Positions 58,386-64,000 of a stretch of DNA of 64,000 bases are shown piece by piece. Every line of letters starts with the position of its first letter. Position 1 is the first letter of the stretch. The stretch covers positions 31,806,001 to 31,870,000 of the forward strand of contig OX597830.1 of NCBI GenBank assembly GCA_951406725.2. The letters run 5' to 3'. The notes below the pieces were generated by a model. It did no database searches and was not told the origin of the DNA. It saw nothing but the letters and a program-made list of their open reading frames with translations. Origin of the DNA: Octopus vulgaris. Lineage: Eukaryota. A program made the position numbers and the translations under genes.

Positions 58386-58481
58386 TCTTTATTTCTCTCC
58401 CTTTCTACCTGTGAAGCATTCATTAGGCCACTTGTAACTCAGTTGTTTTGAAGAAAGATGTGTGTTTCATTCTTTTTCACA

Positions 58482-58523
<42 letters not shown>

Positions 58524-58727
58524 GTAATGATGATAAGCAAGATGTTTAAGCTAGCAATATAAAGAAAATGATTATGAATAGAAAACAAAGTATATGTGTG
58601 TACGTTCAGGTATATATATATGTGTGTGTGTGTATATACATATATATATATATATACACATACACACACACACACACATATATATATTATATATATATAT
58701 ACATACACACATACACACACACATACA

Positions 58728-58785
<58 letters not shown>

Positions 58786-58808
58786 ATACATATATATACA
58801 TATATATT

Positions 58809-59006
58809 GATTCAAAATGTGACCGCGTGTGTACCGTTGGCGATTTTTTTCCATCTTCCTTCTCCTATGTTTCCGACGAAGAGCTCCACTCGAAACGTTA
58901 AACCATCCTTCTTTCCTTCTTTCCTGAGCATAGAATAATACTATATTTGTTCCACGTCCTCGCGTTGTTGTGTTTTTTTTCTGCTTTCTTGTTTGGATTA
59001 ACTTTA
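58809..59006 (+). mobile_element. P1 copy with HHR-like motif at 58869-58903
   Basis: gttt ccgacga a gagc-tcc-actc gaaa c gtt aaac. Confidence 0.75.
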
Positions 59007-59094
59007 TATATACATATATATATATATACATGCATACACACATATACCACACACTGTCATACATATTTGTATATGCACATACACATATATATAT

Positions 59095-59411
59095 AGCATA
59101 AGTGTGGCTGTGTGGCAAGAAGTTTGCTTCCTAATCGCATGGTTCTGGGTTCAGTCCCACTGCGGGGCATTTGGGCAAGTGCCTTCTGCTACAGCCTTGT
59201 GCTGACCAAACCCTCGTGAGTGGATTTGGTTGAAGGAAACTGCAAGAATCCTGTCACATAAATGTGTGTGTGTCTGTGTTTGTTGCTCACCACCACGTGA
59301 CAACTGGTGTTGGTGTGTTTACTTAGCAGTTCAGCAAAGAGACTGATAGAATAAGTACCACGAGGTAGTACCCCAGCATGGCCACAGTCTAATGACTGAA
59401 ATAATTAAAAG
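59095..59411 (+). mobile_element. SINE family A copy
   Basis: gtggctgtgtgg head to aatgactgaaa tail. Confidence 0.8.
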
Positions 59412-59517
59412 ATGGAAGATTAAAGGAAGATATTGATATTTCGGTATGGTCATTTCTTTCTTTCTTTTTTTTTTGCCAAATAAACACACACACTATCTAT
59501 TTAGGAATGAGAACCAA

Positions 59518-59563
59518 AACACTTGATGAAGGCTGGAAGGTATATCAGCTGAAACGCTGTGTT
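59518..59563 (+). ncRNA. Degenerate minimal hammerhead-like motif (separate family)
   Basis: aacac ttgatga a ggctgg-aaggtata-tcagct gaaa c gct gtgtt; core positions C3 and U16.1 are substituted. Confidence 0.4.
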
Positions 59564-59694
59564 AACAACAAACAAGATGAGGACAAATATCCATCAAATG
59601 TAAATAATGTAAATAATGTACATAATTCTTCATCTCTTAAATATAGAACTGTCCATATATTACTGTTGTTATTCTAATTCATGTCCATTATGCT

Positions 59695-60010
59695 TTTACT
59701 CTTTTCTTTATTTCAGTCATTTGACTGTGGCCATGCTGGTGCACCACCTTTAGTTGAACAAATCAACCCCCAGGACTTATTCTTTGTAAGCCTAGTACTT
59801 ATTCTATCAGTCTCTTTTTGCCGAACTGCTAAGTTACAGGAGATGTAAACACACCAGCATCAGTTGTCAAGTGATGTTGGGAGGACAAACACAGACATAC
59901 AAACACATACACACACATACATATGCATATATATACATATATGATGGGCTTCTTTCAGTTTCTGTCTATGAAATCCACTCACAAGGCTTTGGTTGGCCTG
60001 AGGCTTATAG
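59695..60010 (-). mobile_element. SINE family A copy lacking its head
   Basis: Family A motifs in reverse orientation. Confidence 0.8.
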
Positions 60011-60139
60011 TATTTTATTCACTTAGTTTTACATGTTTTCACTTTTATCATTTTCAAAGTATTCTCTATTTGAAGCAATGTATTGGTCCAGATGCATTTT
60101 CCATTGTTGGAAACAGTGATGGAACTTCTGCACGTTGAT

Positions 60140-60883
60140 GCCTTTTAACACCTCTGTTTATTTATTGTTTTTTCTTCACCTCTTCCACATCTGCAAATTC
60201 TGTAGCATCAGCTTTCATCACCAGGGATGATTTTCAAAAAAAAAAAAAAAAAGGTCCGGATCAACATATAGCAGTTCTTTCTTCAGTTCATGACACGCAT
60301 TCCATCTTGACCACTTTTGATCTTCTATGAGCATACAAGGCACAAATTTTGCTGCAGCTCTTTTTAATCACAATTCTTCACTCAAAATTCTTTAGCAGGA
60401 GCTCCAGGACCCACTGGTCATATCAACAAATTTGTTAACTGTTCAGTGACAGTCCTTCAAAATCAGTTTAAAAATTGTTTCATGATGTTTACATTCGTTC
60501 AGAGGGCAATGGTCACCCTGAAGGAAATTGGTCTTCAAGTGACAAATGACCATTCTTAAAATGTGGAAACCGCTCATAAAGTTGTGCTTTGCTCATGGCA
60601 GCATCCTTGTAAGCTGTCTGATGCATGACAAGTGTTTCAGCCTCCATTTTCTCCAGCAATAAACAGAATTTTATGCAAGTACACTGTTCTGTCATTTCAA
60701 CCATCACAAAACTTGACAAACAAGGGAGAAGCCCTGCAAGACAAAGATGCACCACATGGCACTGCGATAACACCTAATGCTGCTAGTTGACAGACTGATG
60801 CCTGAGGTTTGCATTAAGTGATATCTATTGAGTTTTTTTCCCACAGAGAATGTTTCCAGTTACTTTTTGGCACTTCCACATAT
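60140..60883 (-). mobile_element. 5' half of a decayed mariner (irritans-like N-terminus)
   Basis: EQCTCIKFCLLLEK..ETLVM..AY.DAAMSKAQLYE.F..FKNG..SLEDQ..SG; terminus-like gtgccaaaaagtaactgg. Confidence 0.75.
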
Positions 60884-61062
60884 TTAACAATTTCTTGGAG
60901 ATACATAGCATGTTATACATATCAGCTAATTTATGGTATGTAAAAGTATGAAACTATTAGTTGCCTTTTTATAATTGTATATATTAAATGATATTAAATT
61001 ATCTCTCACTGGATGGAGCACTCTTTTGTTGCTTACTGAATCCTGACTATAATGAAACTGTA

Positions 61063-61118
<56 letters not shown>

Positions 61119-61208
61119 GTATACATATATACATACATACATACATACATACATACATACATACATACATAACATACATACATACAAATATATATATAGA
61201 GAGAGAGA

Positions 61209-61390
61209 TGCAAGCATGGCTCTGTGGTAAGAAGCTTGCTTCCAACTACATGGTTCCGGGTTCAGTCCCACTGCATGACACCTTGGGCAAGTGTCTTCTA
61301 CTATAGCCTTGGACTGACAAAAGCATTGAGGGTGGATTTGGTAGACAGTCCCAAAGAAGCCTATCACACAAACACATGTATATATATATT

Positions 61391-61421
<31 letters not shown>

Positions 61422-61610
61422 CTGTGTTTGTCCCCACACCTGATATTGGTGTGCTTACATCCCATAACTTAGCAGTTTGGCAAAAGAGACTGATTGAATA
61501 AGGCTTACAAAGAATAAGTCCTGGGGTTGATTGCTTTGACTAAAATCCCTTTAAGGTGGTGCTCCAGCATGGCCACATTCAAAATGACTGAAACAAATAA
61601 AAGAATAAAA
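61209..61610 (+). mobile_element. SINE family A copy
   Basis: Full family A motifs. Confidence 0.85.
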
Positions 61611-62163
61611 GGAAAAAAGAAAATATATATACATTTAGGTGCAGACATGTCATTGGTAAGGGCTCCTTCTTCTCACCCAAGTAATCCCAGTGTGCACCCT
61701 GGACATGATAGGACTTAGCATTATAATTGTCATCCTTTCTAATACCAACTGCTTTACAAAGAGTACAGGGTCCTTTTCTTGTGACACTAGCACCGGTGGA
61801 GTCACCAAGTAACTCACAAGACATAGACCCCTCAACTAGGAGGGAGAGTTATATTGAGGGAGTTGACTTTTGTGCCAGTTGATGAGAGGGTGAAACGAAG
61901 AACGGAGTGATGGGGATAGGTGTCTTGCTGGAAACAGAGATACAAGGATGCATCAGATGGGTGAGAAAGTGGGGGGAAAAGAGAAGCTTCCAGAGAGAAA
62001 GACGAAGAGGGAGAGAGAGAAAAAGGGACGGGGTGGGAGATGTGTTAGGTCATGCTCTCAAGGTTCTATGAAGGCAGGGAATATAGGTGAAGTAATACAG
62101 ATGGTTGAACTCAGGCAAGTGGGCAAGAAGGAATAGGTGTATCAAGTATACATATACATATAT

Positions 62164-62520
62164 AGGTGCAGGAGTGGCTGTGTGGTAAGTAGCTTGCTTA
62201 CCAGCAATATGGGCAAGTGTCTTCTACTATAGCCTCGGGCTGACCAAAGCCTTGACAATGGATTTCGTAAACAGAAACTGAAACACACCCGTCGCATATG
62301 TGTGTGTGTGTGTGTGTTTGTGTGTCTGTGTTCGTCGCCCCACCATGACTTGACAACCGATGTTGGTGTGTTTACGACCCCATAACTTAGTGGTTCAGCA
62401 AAGGAATCCAATAGAATAAGTACTAGGCTTACAGAGAATAAGTCCCAGGGTCGATTTGTCCAACCAAAAAGGCAGTGCTTCAGTATGGCTGCAGTCAAAT
62501 GAATGAAAGAATAAGATAAG
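62164..62520 (+). mobile_element. SINE family A copy with B-box region deleted
   Basis: ggtgcaggagtggctgtgtggtaagtagcttgcttaccagc joined to gggcaagtgtcttc. Confidence 0.85.
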
Positions 62521-62832
62521 ATCCTAACTGCAGCTCTTGGTGGTCCAAATCAGATATGCAGTCTATGAGGGTGTCTTTTCAAATCATTGCCTAGTTTAAA
62601 AAGCTACATCAGACGCCATGACGGATCTAAGGTGTAGGTACAAGAGGTGGTCAGACTCTGCATAAGGAGTAGACAACCACTATGTATGTATATGTGTATA
62701 TATGTATGTACGTATTGATAAATGTATTTAGTAATAAAGCCAAGGCAGTAAGCCCCAGAAGTGCATCCTGCATAATAAATACACAAATGCTAGCATCTCA
62801 AACACATTCAAACATCCATACTTATGTATAAA

Positions 62833-62909
<77 letters not shown>

Positions 62910-62959
62910 GTATATATATATATAGATATATATATATATGTTTGTATATATACACACGT

Positions 62960-63264
62960 GAAGGCACAAAGGCCCAGTGGTTAGGGCAGCGGATTCGCGG
63001 TCATAGGATCGCGGTTTCAATCCCCAGACCAGGCATTGTGAGTATTTATTGAGCGAAAACACCTAAGAGCCCCACGAGGCTCTGGCAGGGTGTGGTGATC
63101 CCTGCTGTACTCTTTCTCCACTCTTTCTCCCACTCTTTCTTCTGTTGGCCTGCTCGCTTGGCCAGCGGGGTGGCGTCATTCGAACGCTAAAACAATGCGA
63201 ATGCATTGTGACCAGCGATGTGTAACAACATCCGATGGTATGGTCGGTCACGTGATCACGTGAT
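62960..63264 (+). mobile_element. tRNA-derived SINE family D (CpG-rich)
   Basis: ggcccagtggttagggcagcgga..ggtttcaatcccc (A/B box-like), unique body, ends cacgtgatcacgtgat next to (TA)n. Confidence 0.65.
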
Positions 63265-63352
63265 ATATATACACACACACACACACATCCTTATTGTTTC
63301 AATACAAATTTAATAAGCAAGCTTCTATCTATCTTTCTATCTATCTATCTAA

Positions 63353-63386
<34 letters not shown>

Positions 63387-63961
63387 CATATATATACATA
63401 TATCCATATATATACACACACACACATATTTATATAAAATATATGTATATATTAAACATGCATATGTATTTTATTAATTATTCTTTACCAGGAGAAAGTT
63501 GACAGTGACTTCAAAGTTTCCTCATACTTGCTGTCACTCTCAATCTTTTCCTTATAAAAATTAATAAATATGGGATTCCATGAAAAAGTACTGAGTCATT
63601 CTTTAATTTAATGTCCAACTGTTTTTTACGTATAACTGTTTGTAAAAAAAAAAAGACCATTAACATACATACATATTTATATATTTATATATATGTGTAC
63701 ACACACACACATATATATATATACAAAAATACATATATATATATACATACACACATATACATGCATACATCATATGTATATACATATAGACATACATACA
63801 TGCACACAGACACACACATAAGAACACATACAGACAGACAGACAGACACACACACACACACATTTTTTTGTTTTTTTGTTGAAAGATTTATCTTCTTGAA
63901 TCACTACTCTGAGTTTAAGTCCACTGTTTTTGTCAGGCAAAGAAGCTGAATTAGCAGTAGC

Positions 63962-64000
<39 letters not shown>

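Overview
AT-rich, microsatellite-saturated eukaryotic non-coding DNA. The repeat families resemble those of a coleoid cephalopod, probably Octopus; this is an inference from recalled SINE types, not a search result. No intact host protein-coding gene is supportable, and nearly all ORFs in the track are translations of (TA)n/(CA)n/trinucleotide tracts. The window is a transposon graveyard: at least five SINE families, R4/Dong, RTE, CR1/L2 and Penelope-like (PLE) retroelement remnants, mariner/Tc1/maT remnants and several MITEs, often nested with recoverable target-site duplications (TSDs). The most notable signal is a set of short non-coding elements embedded in (TA)n tracts. Three are foldbacks (inverted repeats) with a one-sided extension, and several carry minimal type I hammerhead ribozyme (HHR) motifs: one canonical pair, a dispersed U4C-variant family and a U3:A8 compensatory variant. 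They lie near decayed PLE RT and GIY-YIG coding fragments. Coordinates were read by eye; repeat boundaries are approximate unless a TIR or TSD is quoted.
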